DNA of 64,000 bases from Takakia lepidozioides (Eukaryota > Plantae > Bryophyta), in contig CM060731.1 of assembly GCA_030704615.1 (NCBI GenBank), positions 17,174,001 to 17,238,000 of the forward strand, written 5' to 3'. The first letter of the stretch is position 1, and every line of letters starts with the position of its first letter. Made by a program: the position numbers and the translations under genes. The notes under the pieces were generated by a model. The model made no database searches and was not told where the DNA came from. It saw nothing but the letters and a program-made list of their open reading frames with translations. This document shows positions 1 to 12,019 of the stretch, piece after piece.

Positions 1-3000
1 TCAAGCATGATGCTTGAAAACACCAACAAAATATATGGAATTTTGCCAAGGTCGTCATTTCTGACAAATCTGTCAGCCCATATCCAAGCACTTCCGAACC
101 CAAGTTCCAGAGCTCTGCAGGTACATGTGCCCCGGTTCACCTAATTAATTAACGTGTTGATATAGCGAGAAATATTGGGGTCGTGTAGCAGCCCTGGGTT
201 CTTGCAGGCTGCACAGAGAATTGTACTAGTTATACAGCCAATCGTGCTCGATTCCGACGCCCTTTAGTCCAAGTAAGTGGCTCGGAAAAATACTAGGCCT
301 GCACATCGAGTGCACATCTTGTGGTCTCCAGCAGTCACATCATGTGCATGTCCTTTGGACCCTACCATCTGATGGCAATGATCGCTACAGCCAGAGCTGC
401 ACATCAGAATGTGAATACTAAAATCCGTTGACTTCAGGAAGTACGTGAACAGCCCATCTGAAGTGAGCACGAGCAGTGAATCGGTTTGGTGATGAAACAT
501 TTTATGTTTGATCTTACAAATCGTATTGATGGAGATCGCGTGTGCAGGCTTACATCTCAGTCCTCGAAGAGATACAAACTCGCACCTCAGATGGATGGAA
601 GGTGATTCCTCTGGATGCTGTGAAGAGCCATTTGGAGTCGCTCCCTGGCAGCTCAGTCAAGGACGCACTGGCAAATGATGTAGCTCGCTTACTTGCGCAC
701 CGTCACAAACAACGGTGGCTTCTGGCAACTGAGAAACCACACGACACCTTGAAGGTACTGTAACATGTAACTTCAAGGACCTACCGGTTTTCCCTATTGA
801 TCAATTGTCGGTTAAACAGAGCTTCTTTCTCTCTTATAAAGCACCAAATTTCATTTCATTTCTAAGTCTACCAGTTGGCACATATGCCAAGTTACATACA
901 TGAACATTCTATGTATATCATCTATAGACTTACTGTATTGCAACCTCTATACATCTTCGCACATCTGCTTTTGTATGATCTGAATAGCTCTCCTCTTGAA
1001 AGCATTGGTGCGCGGTGTTTCTTAGGCCCTGGAAGACGTCCTTGGATTCTAGTAGTCTTTCAAGTTGACCACCTGGTTGGTCTACATCATCTTTGGCTCT
1101 ACAGTCCGTTCCACCTACATGTCACATGTCTAGATCACATGTTTACGTAGATGCCTATATGTTCAGAAAATGCAGATCAATCGTTCTGGACAGGTTTCCT
1201 CACTTAGCAGCACTCACAACAACCTGAGGATCATGTACCTACAAGGAGGAGCTGTTTCAATGAGCAATCTTGAAAAGAATATTTCTGTACACAGTAAGTA
1301 CTAAGGCTCTTGAGACTAAATCTGTTGGCATACGTGTATGTCTCTCGCAGGGAAAGGAGTTCCAAAATATGTCTATAGTGCCGAGTCAGGATGAGCTTCT
1401 ATCTCGTGAGCATGTTGCACTGCCACTCAACCTTGTTGGTGTGCGCTACACATCGATAATGGAGTATCTCGAGACCCAATTTCTGCTTCTGCGGGAAGAT
1501 TTTATTGAGCCACTCAGAGCCGGGATTAGGTCCTACCAAATGCCAGCCGTCCAGGCCAGCCATGACAGGGTCCAAGAGTTGCGTGTCTATCGTCATGTCC
1601 AGCTCGTAGGACTTCGATGTGGTTCTTCTGGCATGGAATTCCGTTTGTCCTTCAGGGTCAAACCTTCAAGGGGAGCCTCCCGCTTGGAGGCTGATAAAAG
1701 TCTGATGATGGGATCTTTACTATGTATATCTCAGGATGATTTCCAGTCAGTCCAAGGCTGTGCAATAGTGGCACATCGAGATGCTACGGCTGTAGCAAAT
1801 CCTGGTATGATTGATGTCCAATTCATCGGACCAGCAGATCAGTGGTTACTGGACATAGGCAAGGTCTATGTTATGGTGGAGTCCTCCTCCGCATATTTCG
1901 AGGCATATTCACATGCATTGAAGTGTTTGCAGCAGGAGGAAATGGAGAATATCCCATTCTCAAGGTACCTCGTCAACCTTGAGCCCATGGTGAATCCACC
2001 CAGCTATCTTCTGGCCAGTAAAAATGGCCTACAGTACGATATGAGTTGTATTTTTCGGGAGTTGGAGGGAGATGTCGGGAGGAAAACCCTGAACGTGTTG
2101 GAAGAATGGCCGTCATTCACCTCTTCACTTGACTGCAGCCAGATGAGGGCGCTGAGACATGCATTGACAAAGGAAATTGCCTTAATCCAAGGCCCCCCGG
2201 GCACAGGCAAAACCTTCATAGGGCTGCTTGCAGTGCGAGTCCTACTAGCAAACCTCTACAGCTCAGTCCTACAGTCCTCTTCTATCAAGGATAGTCCTAG
2301 CTTTTCCCTGGAAACTGAGAATGCTCTAGTTCAAGGACCCATCTTGGTGGTTTGTTTTACCAACCATGCACTGGATCAGTTCTTAGAGGGCATTTACAAG
2401 TATGAGAAGTGCCTTATCCGCCTTGGTGGTAGAAGCAAAAGCGTGACTTTGCAGGAACGCAGCTTATATGCAATTCAACAACAGCAAAGGTCTACCAGGA
2501 CCCTTGATCGTGTCCACCTCCATGAACTCACTGGATCAAAAAGGGAGAAAAGCGAACTGGAGAAGCGTTTGACTGAGCTTCTGAAACTTATGGAATTGAA
2601 AGTGGCCACACAGGAATCTCTGCACGGTGTGGCAACTGAGGACCAGATTGCCCACTTATTCTTTAATGATGCAGATACGGAAAACTCCCATAAGACTGTG
2701 GAGGTCTGGCTTGAATCTCCATATGACCCCGGCTACCGCATGAATCTTCAAGCTTTGAGGGACACTGTGGGTGATGAGACTGACCTGGAAGATCGCATGG
2801 ATATTTCTAATCCCTACTCAGCATTGCAGGATGAAGTAGACACCTGGAGTGATGGAGAGTATAGCTCCGAAAGCAGCTCAACATCTGCAGAAGCGTTTGG
2901 ACCCGACCACACGAACAGTACCCTGCAGTGTGACCCAGTTGCAGGTACAGTAGGTGCAACCAAGATTCTTTTCCTGGGCACACTTTCTAGATCAGATGTC

Positions 3001-6000
3001 CAGTTCGGTTTTGGCAGACTCAATGGGTATTTGTCACCTAGGGGGACCTAAAGAGTGCTCATTGTGCAAAGCCCAGCAGGAATGTATAGATCCCCCAACT
3101 GTAAACTTGTATAGATCTTTCTTAAAAATGTACATAGATCAATTGCTAGATCATGTCATCGGCCGACATTTTAACTCATCGTATTGTTTCTGCTACACGT
3201 CCTAGGTGCAGTAGTTTCCGAAGAGCGGAGCCCTCTCGATGAATGCAACACATCCTCCGGACAGGATCGCATTGGATATGCAGGCCCGGTTCCAAATTCT
3301 GCTGGAGCTGGAGGGGTATCTAGTAATGGGAACAGGCAAGAGATTGAAATTCATGTAGAGGATCAAGTCGATGTGGACATAAACCGTCCAGAAGAGGATT
3401 TCTATAGAGCAGAATTTGGGACTGATCAAGGTTGGCGAGAGGATGGTCAAGCGTATCCCCTTCAAGACATAATTGATTATCCCGATGTTTGGCATCTTGA
3501 CAAAGCATCTAGGTTTCGGCTACACAATTTCTGGTTGGAAGAGATAAAACAAAAGGCTTCGACAGAGATGAAAACTGTTCTTTCCCAGTATGAGACGGCA
3601 TGCCGAGCAGTAGCGACAATCGACAGTGAAATCAGTCTGTCTCTTCTTCGAAAGGCCCGAGTTGTGGGACTGACCACAACATCAGCAGCACGTCACCATG
3701 AATTACTGGTGGCTTTGAAACCAGAGATCATTATTGTGGAAGAGGCAGCAGAGGTTCTGGAGGCCCACATTGTGGCCTGCCTCAGCCCTTTCACGAAGCA
3801 TCTCATATTGATTGGGGATCATTTGCAGCTGCGTCCATCAGTTGCAGTCTATAACCTTGCTGTCCAACATAAACTGGACGTGTCCATGTTCGAGCGCCTG
3901 GCAACAGGTAACATATTTGAATCCAGATGCTGTGATTTTCTTCTAGATGAGTGTGCAACCACAAATTCCCGACTCCTTTCTGTTGCAATATTTCATATAA
4001 TCAATATTTATGATTCTAATCTGGAGAGCCAGGTAGAGAAATCCGAGCTCGCATCGCTTAAGCTGTCTGTATCTATAGAACTCTGTGTAACCGGTAGGCC
4101 CCTCTAGTATTGAGCTGAACCTGACACCTCGCCTGTACACTTGCTAGTAGTGAATCTGACTTCCGTGCATTTGAGCCTGACGTAGATTTTCAGCTGTCAT
4201 TTCCGGTACGTCACTGAAGAAAATAAAGTGATTTTGTCAGGTGGTGTTCAGCATGTGACACTGGAAATGCAACGGAGGATGCGACCTTCCATTGCTACCC
4301 TCATCACTCCCATCTACGGCCCCCGGCTTCAGAATCACCCCTCTGTTTCCACTCTCGACGATGTTAAAGGAGTCAAAAGTAATGTGTTCTTTTTGGATCA
4401 CACAGCTGAAGAGAGCAGCAGCGGCGATGCTGGGAGCAAGAAGAATGTGGAGGAGGCTAAGCTTGTAGTAGAGTTCTGCTCCTACCTTCTAAAGCAAGGA
4501 TATAGCCCCAAGCACATCACCATTCTCAGCATGTATTCTGGCCAGATTTCGCATATTAAAGGCCTTCTTGCAGACAGAAAGGTGGGAGTGTCGAAGCATA
4601 CGTTGTTCACAGGAACCGAAACGTCTTCTGCAGACCTGTCTGTGCCTCTTGAAGGCATACATGTCGTGTATCCAACAGTCACCAGCGTGGACAACTTCCA
4701 AGGGGAAGAATGCGACATTATTATATTATCTCTTGTAAGAAGCAACCAGCATCCCGGAAAGGATCGTGGCTTAGGAAAAATTGGCTTCGTTGGTGTGGCT
4801 AATCGCGTGTGTGTTGCGCTGTCGAGGGCACGCATTGGGCTGTACATGTTTGGAAATTCCAAACTCCTCTGCCTGAGGAGCAGCCTGTGGGAGGAAGTGA
4901 TAGACAGCCTCAACAGCAAGCAATGCTTGGGCCCCGAGCTTATTTTGAGCTGCCAAAATCATCCAGAGACAGAGACGAAAATCACCAACGCTATCGACTT
5001 CAACCTTGTACAAGATGGGGGTTGCAACAGGCCTTGCCTGTACCAGCTAGACTGTGGGCACGCCTGCCCGAGGAGGTGCCATCCCGGCGGCCATGAAAAT
5101 GTTGCATGTCCAAAACCATGTGCTAGAAAGCATGAGCTCTGTGACCATAATTGCATATCTCGGTGCCATGGAGAGAGTGAATGTCCCCCCTGTGTCAAGA
5201 GGGTGTCAAAGTTACTCTCTCAATGTGGGCATTCTGCTACCATCAGCTGCTCACAAGCTGTGGATACGTATGTCTGCCAACGTCCATGTGAGGAAAAGGT
5301 GGACTGCGGTCATCCCTGTCCAAGACGATGTGGAAACCAATGTGTAACCCCAGAGACTTGCAAAGTAAGGATTGAGAAAGTCCTAACATGTGGTCACACA
5401 GCTCAGGTGCCCTGCTCTCAAGACATTGCAGTTTACCTCTGCCGTGAGCCATGCACAAGTGTGCTTCCTGAGTGTGGGCACTTCTGTAAAGGGACTTGTG
5501 GCACCTGCCAGCAAGGGATTAGCCATGTTCCGTGCAAGGAAAAGTGTGCAAGAATCATGCCATGCTCGCACCCCTGTCAGGAAGGCTGCTTGCTTTCTTG
5601 TCCACCCTGCAGTCGAAAGTGCCAGAGGCGTTGTATGCACAGCAATTGCTCACATAAGTGTGGCCTTAACTGCCGACCCTGCATTGAGCCATGCGCCTGG
5701 CGCTGCAAGCACTTTCGTTGCCCACTCAGGTAACGCATAAACGGCATTTATTTAAGAATGGCATATGAGTTTGTCTAGGTTATCACAGAAGATGGGCTTG
5801 AGCAGAAGTTGGCAGCTGTAACTCAAACGGCTTACATGAGTCTCATAGGAAGCCCACTGTATACGCGGGTCCTTGTCGAATGCCTAAGTTTTGTTGATCT
5901 TAACATCCTAGAAGCATCAAAGCGTGTGCTCTAAGTTTTAACAGCAATTGCCCTTCGCGATTGTTGATAGGTGCTACCAAATATGTCGTCGGCCACGCTG

Positions 6001-7594
6001 CGATGAGCCATGCAAGAAGACCTTACGGAAATGTAAGCATCCATGTTGCGGACTGTGCGGGGAGCCATGCCCCAAATGCCGGCTCTGTCACCCTGAAGAA
6101 TTTGATGTCATAGCGCAAATGAAGCTCAGTGAGTTCGACGAAGCCGATCGTTTCATACAACTGCAGGATTGCGGACATGTGTTTGAAGTCACGGGCTTGG
6201 ATGGTTGGATGGACCATGACGACGCAACCTCCGTGCCTACAGACGCTGACAGTATTAGCGCCTCTGTCGCTATGAAGCTCAAGCAGTGGTAAGTCTCATC
6301 CTTTGCTATGGCAGAAATTTGAACATTTCTAACGTACTTGTAAGCAGTACCTCATAATAAACAGTGCCAACGAGATACTCCTGACCGAATTGTGATCATA
6401 GGGCTTCATAAGCAACCCACTCGTCAACATCTATATTGTTCTCTGGCCAAAGTAACTACTGCAAATCTCGTTGCAGCACCTTCTGCAGGAATCAGTTTAC
6501 TGTATGACCCAAGAGCATTTTGTTAAGGGTGGATATCTGAAGCTCTGGTAGATCCCTCTTCAGGAATTACAGGTCTACTTGCTATGAAGTGGCTCTGGTT
6601 AGATATTGTATCTGCACAAGCATTTCATTGATCAATATGTTGCATTTACATAAGGAGATCAGTAAATGCTCAGGACTAGCATCAATCTGAAGAGTATTCA
6701 ATATAATTTCCTGCACACTGTGCACGAAACAAAGTCTGCATGAAGATCATGTTAGTAACTAAAACTGTTTCTTTTTGCAGCCCAGCCTGCAAGACACCTA
6801 TCCAGCAGACATTCCGCTACTCGTCTTCTGTGAAGACAAGGCTGGCTCAAATTGATGAAATAAAGCGAAGAATCTACGCCATTGAGATGACAAGGGAAGG
6901 GAACGAATTGCTAAAGACAGCAAATCCTATAACGGCGCTTGGCCATTTCATTGAAGCTCTACGGCAAAATCCAGAGCTTCTACAAGCCCACTTTGGCATG
7001 GGTTGTGCACATTCTGCCCTTAATCAAGGAAAGGAAGCCATCTCTTGCCTCAGCCTTGTAGTTGAGAGAAGCCCTCTTGCAGCTGATATGGTGACCAACG
7101 TGATTGGAACTTCCAGTAGCTCATGTGCAGCACTTGGTTCCAAATTGAACAACATCGGGGTCGACCGTTCAGTCACGAGGGCTGATAAGGCGCTAGGCAT
7201 CCAGGCAACTTTACAGTGGGCACAGTGCCTCGGCAGAATGGGAAATCTTAGCCAAGCTTCGCTCCTGTGTGATGTGGTACTCAAACATGATCCTGAATGC
7301 AAGGCAGCTAAGACAATGAAGGATCAGGCAGCTGAGCGCCACATTTTTAAGCAGGTCGTTGAAATCATGACTGCGGAAGTGGGAGGGCGAGGGCACTGGT
7401 ATAGTTGCCCCAGTGGCCACTTTTATGTGGTGGGAGAATGCGGAGGACCCATGCAGACTTCGAGATGTCCAGACTGCGCGGCAGTGATCGGTGGCCAATC
7501 TCACAGACCTGCAGAAGGCAACACGCATGCCACTATCGATGGGAGCACTCACGCTGCATGGAGTGATGCTGCTGGTCTTCATGGTCCCCCCTAG
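1..7594 (+). CDS. ZNFX1: NFX1-type zinc finger-containing protein 1-like (SF1 RNA helicase, NF-X1 zinc fingers, RING-like region, TPR, RZ finger); 5' end lies outside the window
   Basis: Phase-consistent GT-AG exons: <1-120, 189(or 192)-272, 548-754, 1351-2944, 3206-3907, 4241-5729, 5971-6288, 6781-7594(TAG). Helicase motifs QGPPGTGKT, CFTNHALD, VEEAAE, IGDHLQLRP, SMFERL, QRRMRP, VDNFQGEE, NRVCVALSRAR. Cys/His NF-X1-type repeats (CGHxCxxxCH) at about 5020-6090. CGHVF...CPAC spans the last intron. C-terminal GHWYSCPSGHFYVVGECGGPMQTSRCPDCAAVIGG is an RZ-type finger. Confidence 0.92.
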
Positions 7595-8914
7595 TTCACG
7601 ATATGTTTTTGGATGTCAACTTATTCTGCGGTCAGACTGAGCCTACAAGTCTGTCCAGATGCATGTTGATCTTGACAAGTTGAGGCGGAAAACTCTTCAT
7701 GAATCATCTAGACTTGTGAGCGCTCTGGACAGAAGTCTTTGATTGGCAATATTCTTGACTGCTTAAGACTGCTTAAGACTGAATCTAGTTGAGTAGAAGT
7801 TACAGTACTGCAGGGTCTATAGTTCACGTTCGTCCTCTATACACAGGAAGTTCTGATTGGCAAGACTGTTTTAGTAGAAGTCAGATGAATCTACTGGTGC
7901 TATATAGAGGGTCTTTGGATCCTCATGCCTTGAATTGTTTTGTTGTATAAATTCGAAAAATCGACAAGCATATGATGTTGATGAAAAAAACAGGATCATT
8001 GCCTGCATGAGTTGGAAATCATGAATCCGTGCATTGCGAATTCGTTTGCTTTGACACTCGCATCCCCTGCATTCTCCATCAAGTTGGCAACATGCAGGCG
8101 GGATGGTAAAAAATTGCCCTTTCCACGTGCAGCTGCTTCTGTTGGGGGCATGCAGGTTCTGGATTTGGTGAGGGTGTTTTATGCAGCGGCGAGAGACCAA
8201 GTGAGAGTGAGAGGGGATGATGGCAGGGAGTCCGAACTGGGAGTTTTTTTGGTTCAGAAAGCTTGGGCTGAGGGTCAAGGAAGGGCGTTGGAGATGCGAA
8301 GATGGAATGAAGCAGGCTTGGCCATTGATCAGGCACCTTCGTAGGACGATCGGGCCAACGAGGAGGTTGAAGTTACCGTTGCCTCTCACCGTATATTGCG
8401 GAGCTCTTCCTCCGCCTCCATCCCCACTAACCCAAAGTTTAGTTTTCTTTTTTTTCCCTTTTTTTTTAAAAACATTAACCCCTAAAGGACTAGCCCGTTT
8501 TTGGTGGGCCCCTTCAGTGATGAACTGTATGAAAGTAATCCTACCTACTTCAGGAACCTACTGGAAAAATTTCACTTGATTTCACCGTGTCATTACGAAG
8601 ATTATAAAATAAAATGCAAGCTGTAAATGTTTACTGTGCTCTAGTTTTGGAGTGAAAAAATGGTTTGACCAAGCAATTGGCCTGGCGAAAATGAATTTTC
8701 ATTGATATAGCATACCCAGATTCTAATTGCCTGGCATGTATAGCACCTTGGGCCAAAATTCCAAAACCAAATTCCAAAACCACATGAGGGTTGCTTTGAA
8801 TGGGAAAATTGGTGGGTCAAAAAGACCTTCCATTACAATTGACCCCAAATCTGCCTCAAATGTGTCCAAATTTTCATCACAAGGTGAATTAGTTTGACAG
8901 GTTGTCAGCCAAGA

Positions 8915-9250
8915 AGCGGTTTCATGGAGTGTGATGATCACAGGATATGTCCAGCATATGTGTGGGATCAAGGGGCTCTGGAAACCTATGAGCAGATGAT
9001 GTGGGTGGCAATGAAGCCCAATCAGGTGTCGCCCCTTTGTGTTTACAATACATGTGCAAGCCGGGCAGCCTTGGGAAGGGGCAAAGAGGTCCATGCTGAT
9101 ATCATGGGGGCTGGAATTTTTCCAAGTACCAATCTGAACAACACCCTCATGGACAGGTACGCCAAATGTGAGAGCATCAGAGATGCAAAGGGAGTGTGTG
9201 ATTGTAGGGCTGAACGAGATGTGGTGTCATCGAATGCGATGATTGCAGGT
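8915..9250 (+). pseudogene. Degenerate PLS-class pentatricopeptide repeat (PPR) fragment
   Basis: VSWSVMITGYVQH, then a frameshift, then ALETYEQM..MKPNQVS..CAS.AALGRGKEVHA..NTLMDRYAKCESIRDAKGV..ERDVVSSNAMIAG. These are typical plant PLS-PPR motifs, but truncated and frameshifted. Confidence 0.8.
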
Positions 9251-9949
9251 CAGCCTGGTCATGAGGGAGGATCTGGAGAGTGGATCAGATCCATGTGCAA
9301 GGAGCCAGCGGGCTCAATCAGAGGTGCAACTTCGAAAGGAAGGGATGGGCATCACCCAGAGGGTGGGGTGGTGCATGATTCTGTTGTTGCTGGTATGGGT
9401 AAACATGAGAGGACAGATAAGAGTGCTTTGGTGGCTGGATCACAGGTACATATGATTGCCACAACATCAAACAGTCTGAAGCATGGTCAATGCAACAATG
9501 GTGGAAGGCGAGACACCCATGTCAACTCAAAGAAAAGCACTTGCTTGCACTACAGCAAAGAGAAAGGATACTATCCTAACATGAGGCCCAATCCTATGAC
9601 GCTGCCAGAAGGCCAGAGTACAAGTCTGGGAACCTTGGATCATCCAGAGTCTAGCCAGCCTGTTTACGCTTCTTTTAAATAATTAGCATATCTTGTGTAT
9701 GTTGGAATTGCAGGTACTCTTATGAAAACAAAGCTAGGCAACAAGTATGCCTTGTTGTCCATTCACCATCAATCTGGAGAGGTGGGAGTCAGCCCAATGG
9801 CAGCCGACGTCTTCCCTCACGTCTCAGTTTCTGGAAGGAGAGCTGTGTTGGCAGAGTCAGCAGAGGGTGACTGGGACAAAAGCTTTTGCCTGGCTCTCAT
9901 GGGCCACATCCTATCCATGAAATTCAAGGCACACCCATCTGTCCATGTA

Positions 9950-10345
9950 CCAGCAGAAGGGGTGCACATATCTATGGTTGACTGCTCGAGATCGAAAAAA
10001 GACTTGTTTATTCTTGGGATACAAGGACTGCAATGTCCAAGACCAAACAATGGAGGCAAAGCAAGTCTGGGAGCTGAAAGATGGCTCTGGCGAGGTATGG
10101 AGCAGGAACTGTTTTGGGCTTAAAATATTGTGCCTACTGAGTGTGCCTTATGACCCTGGAGGAAAGGCTGGTTGTGGTGCAAGCTCAAGGCTGGAGCAAG
10201 GGTTTGCAGTCAAGAAATGGCTTTGGCAAATTCTGGATCAGAAGCAGGCAAGACTTGGAGATTCCACCACATGGAGGGTCTTGGAGGATGAATCATTACA
10301 GATAGAGGTTGGGGTGATGGCCATCATGGTGCGAGGAGGGAATGT
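9950..10345 (+). mobile_element. Degenerate Ty3/Gypsy-like 3' internal remnant
   Basis: PYDPGG and LEDE...GGNV motifs resemble the C-terminus of plant Gypsy polyproteins. Purine tract GAGGAGGGAA is followed by TGT at 10343 (possible PPT/LTR start). Confidence 0.4.
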
Positions 10346-10827
10346 ATCTTTGTTGGTGCATTTCTGAAGGGGCCAACGATGAGCACATTGTGAGGTTGTG
10401 TCCCTTCTGTGAACAGCTAAGTCCACTCTCGACCCTTACAACTGCCATCTTCTCGCAATTTCAAAACTCTACATAGAATGGCCATGAGCAAGTGTGTACT
10501 CATGGAGTTTATGATCCAGTAGGGATAGCATGAAATGAAGGAACCTGAGGTACTACCGATCATCATACAGAGAATCATGACATCCAAAAAATTCATTGGG
10601 CCTGAAAAAACCAGTATCCTTCTTTAAGGTTGTTCATTGTCCAGTCGTGAGGTGTCCTTGGAGAGTAAATTCTTTCTCTGCAAGCACTGCAGCATAAATA
10701 GGCAGCCAGACAAGAGGGACTTCTTCCCCTCAATCCTACACAAAAAATTGCTCCCTTATAGTAGCCCTCCTACACACCTTGGACTGGCTATATAATGCAA
10801 ACTTAGCCATACCACCCCTTCCAACGT

Positions 10828-11327
10828 NNNNNNNNNNNNNNNNNNNNNNNNNNNNNNNNNNNNNNNNNNNNNNNNNNNNNNNNNNNNNNNNNNNNNNNNN
10901 NNNNNNNNNNNNNNNNNNNNNNNNNNNNNNNNNNNNNNNNNNNNNNNNNNNNNNNNNNNNNNNNNNNNNNNNNNNNNNNNNNNNNNNNNNNNNNNNNNNN
11001 NNNNNNNNNNNNNNNNNNNNNNNNNNNNNNNNNNNNNNNNNNNNNNNNNNNNNNNNNNNNNNNNNNNNNNNNNNNNNNNNNNNNNNNNNNNNNNNNNNNN
11101 NNNNNNNNNNNNNNNNNNNNNNNNNNNNNNNNNNNNNNNNNNNNNNNNNNNNNNNNNNNNNNNNNNNNNNNNNNNNNNNNNNNNNNNNNNNNNNNNNNNN
11201 NNNNNNNNNNNNNNNNNNNNNNNNNNNNNNNNNNNNNNNNNNNNNNNNNNNNNNNNNNNNNNNNNNNNNNNNNNNNNNNNNNNNNNNNNNNNNNNNNNNN
11301 NNNNNNNNNNNNNNNNNNNNNNNNNNN
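10828..11327. other. Assembly gap (exactly 500 N)
   Basis: Run of N. The round size suggests a scaffolding join of unknown true length. Confidence 0.99.
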
Positions 11328-12000
11328 GTCACAGCCCCAAAGGCCTCAGGCACGGCCTGTACAGCCCCTCACAGGCCCATCACAGCCCCACAGGCCAGGG
11401 GCACAGCCTGTCCACAGCCCCTCACAGCCCGTCACAGCCCCACAGGCACACTGGGCACAGCCTGTCACAGCCCCGCACAGCCCGTCACAGCCCCACAGGC
11501 CACTAGGCACAGCCTGTCACAGCCCCTCACAGCCCAACGGCCATGGGCACAGCCCTGACATGCCCCTCACAGCCCGTCACAGCCCCACATGCCAACTGGG
11601 CACAGCAATCAAGCCCTCACCGCCCCAAAGCCACGGGCAAGCCTATCACAGCCCCTCACAGCCCGTCACAGCCCCAAGAGGCCTCAGGCACGGCCATGAC
11701 ACAGCCCCTCACAGGCCAGTCACAGCCCAAAGGCCACAGGCACGGCCTATCACAGCCCCTCACAGCCCGTTCACAGCCCCAAAGGCCTCAGGAAGGCCTG
11801 TCACAGCCCCTCACAGCCCATCACAGCCCACAAAGCCATTGGACACAGCCTATCACAGACCCTCACAGCCCGTCACAGCCCCACAGGCCACTGGGCACAG
11901 CCCCGCACAGCCCGTCACAGCTCGCCACAGCCTGTCACAGCAGTCACAGCCCAACAGCCACAGGCCGGCCTGACACAGCCCCTCACAGCTGTCCCAGCCC
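11328..12000. repeat. CACAGCCC-based minisatellite with about 52-bp higher-order units
   Basis: Dozens of (T)CACAGCCC(C) sub-units grouped as cacagcccctcacagcccgtcacagccccacaggccactgggcacagcctgt. Confidence 0.95.
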
Positions 12001-12019
12001 CATCCATGGCCGCTCTGGC

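Noticed and set aside
4482-5740. Overlapping antisense and alternate-frame ORFs in ZNFX1
   Set aside because: Shadow ORFs of a long coding exon with no independent evidence.
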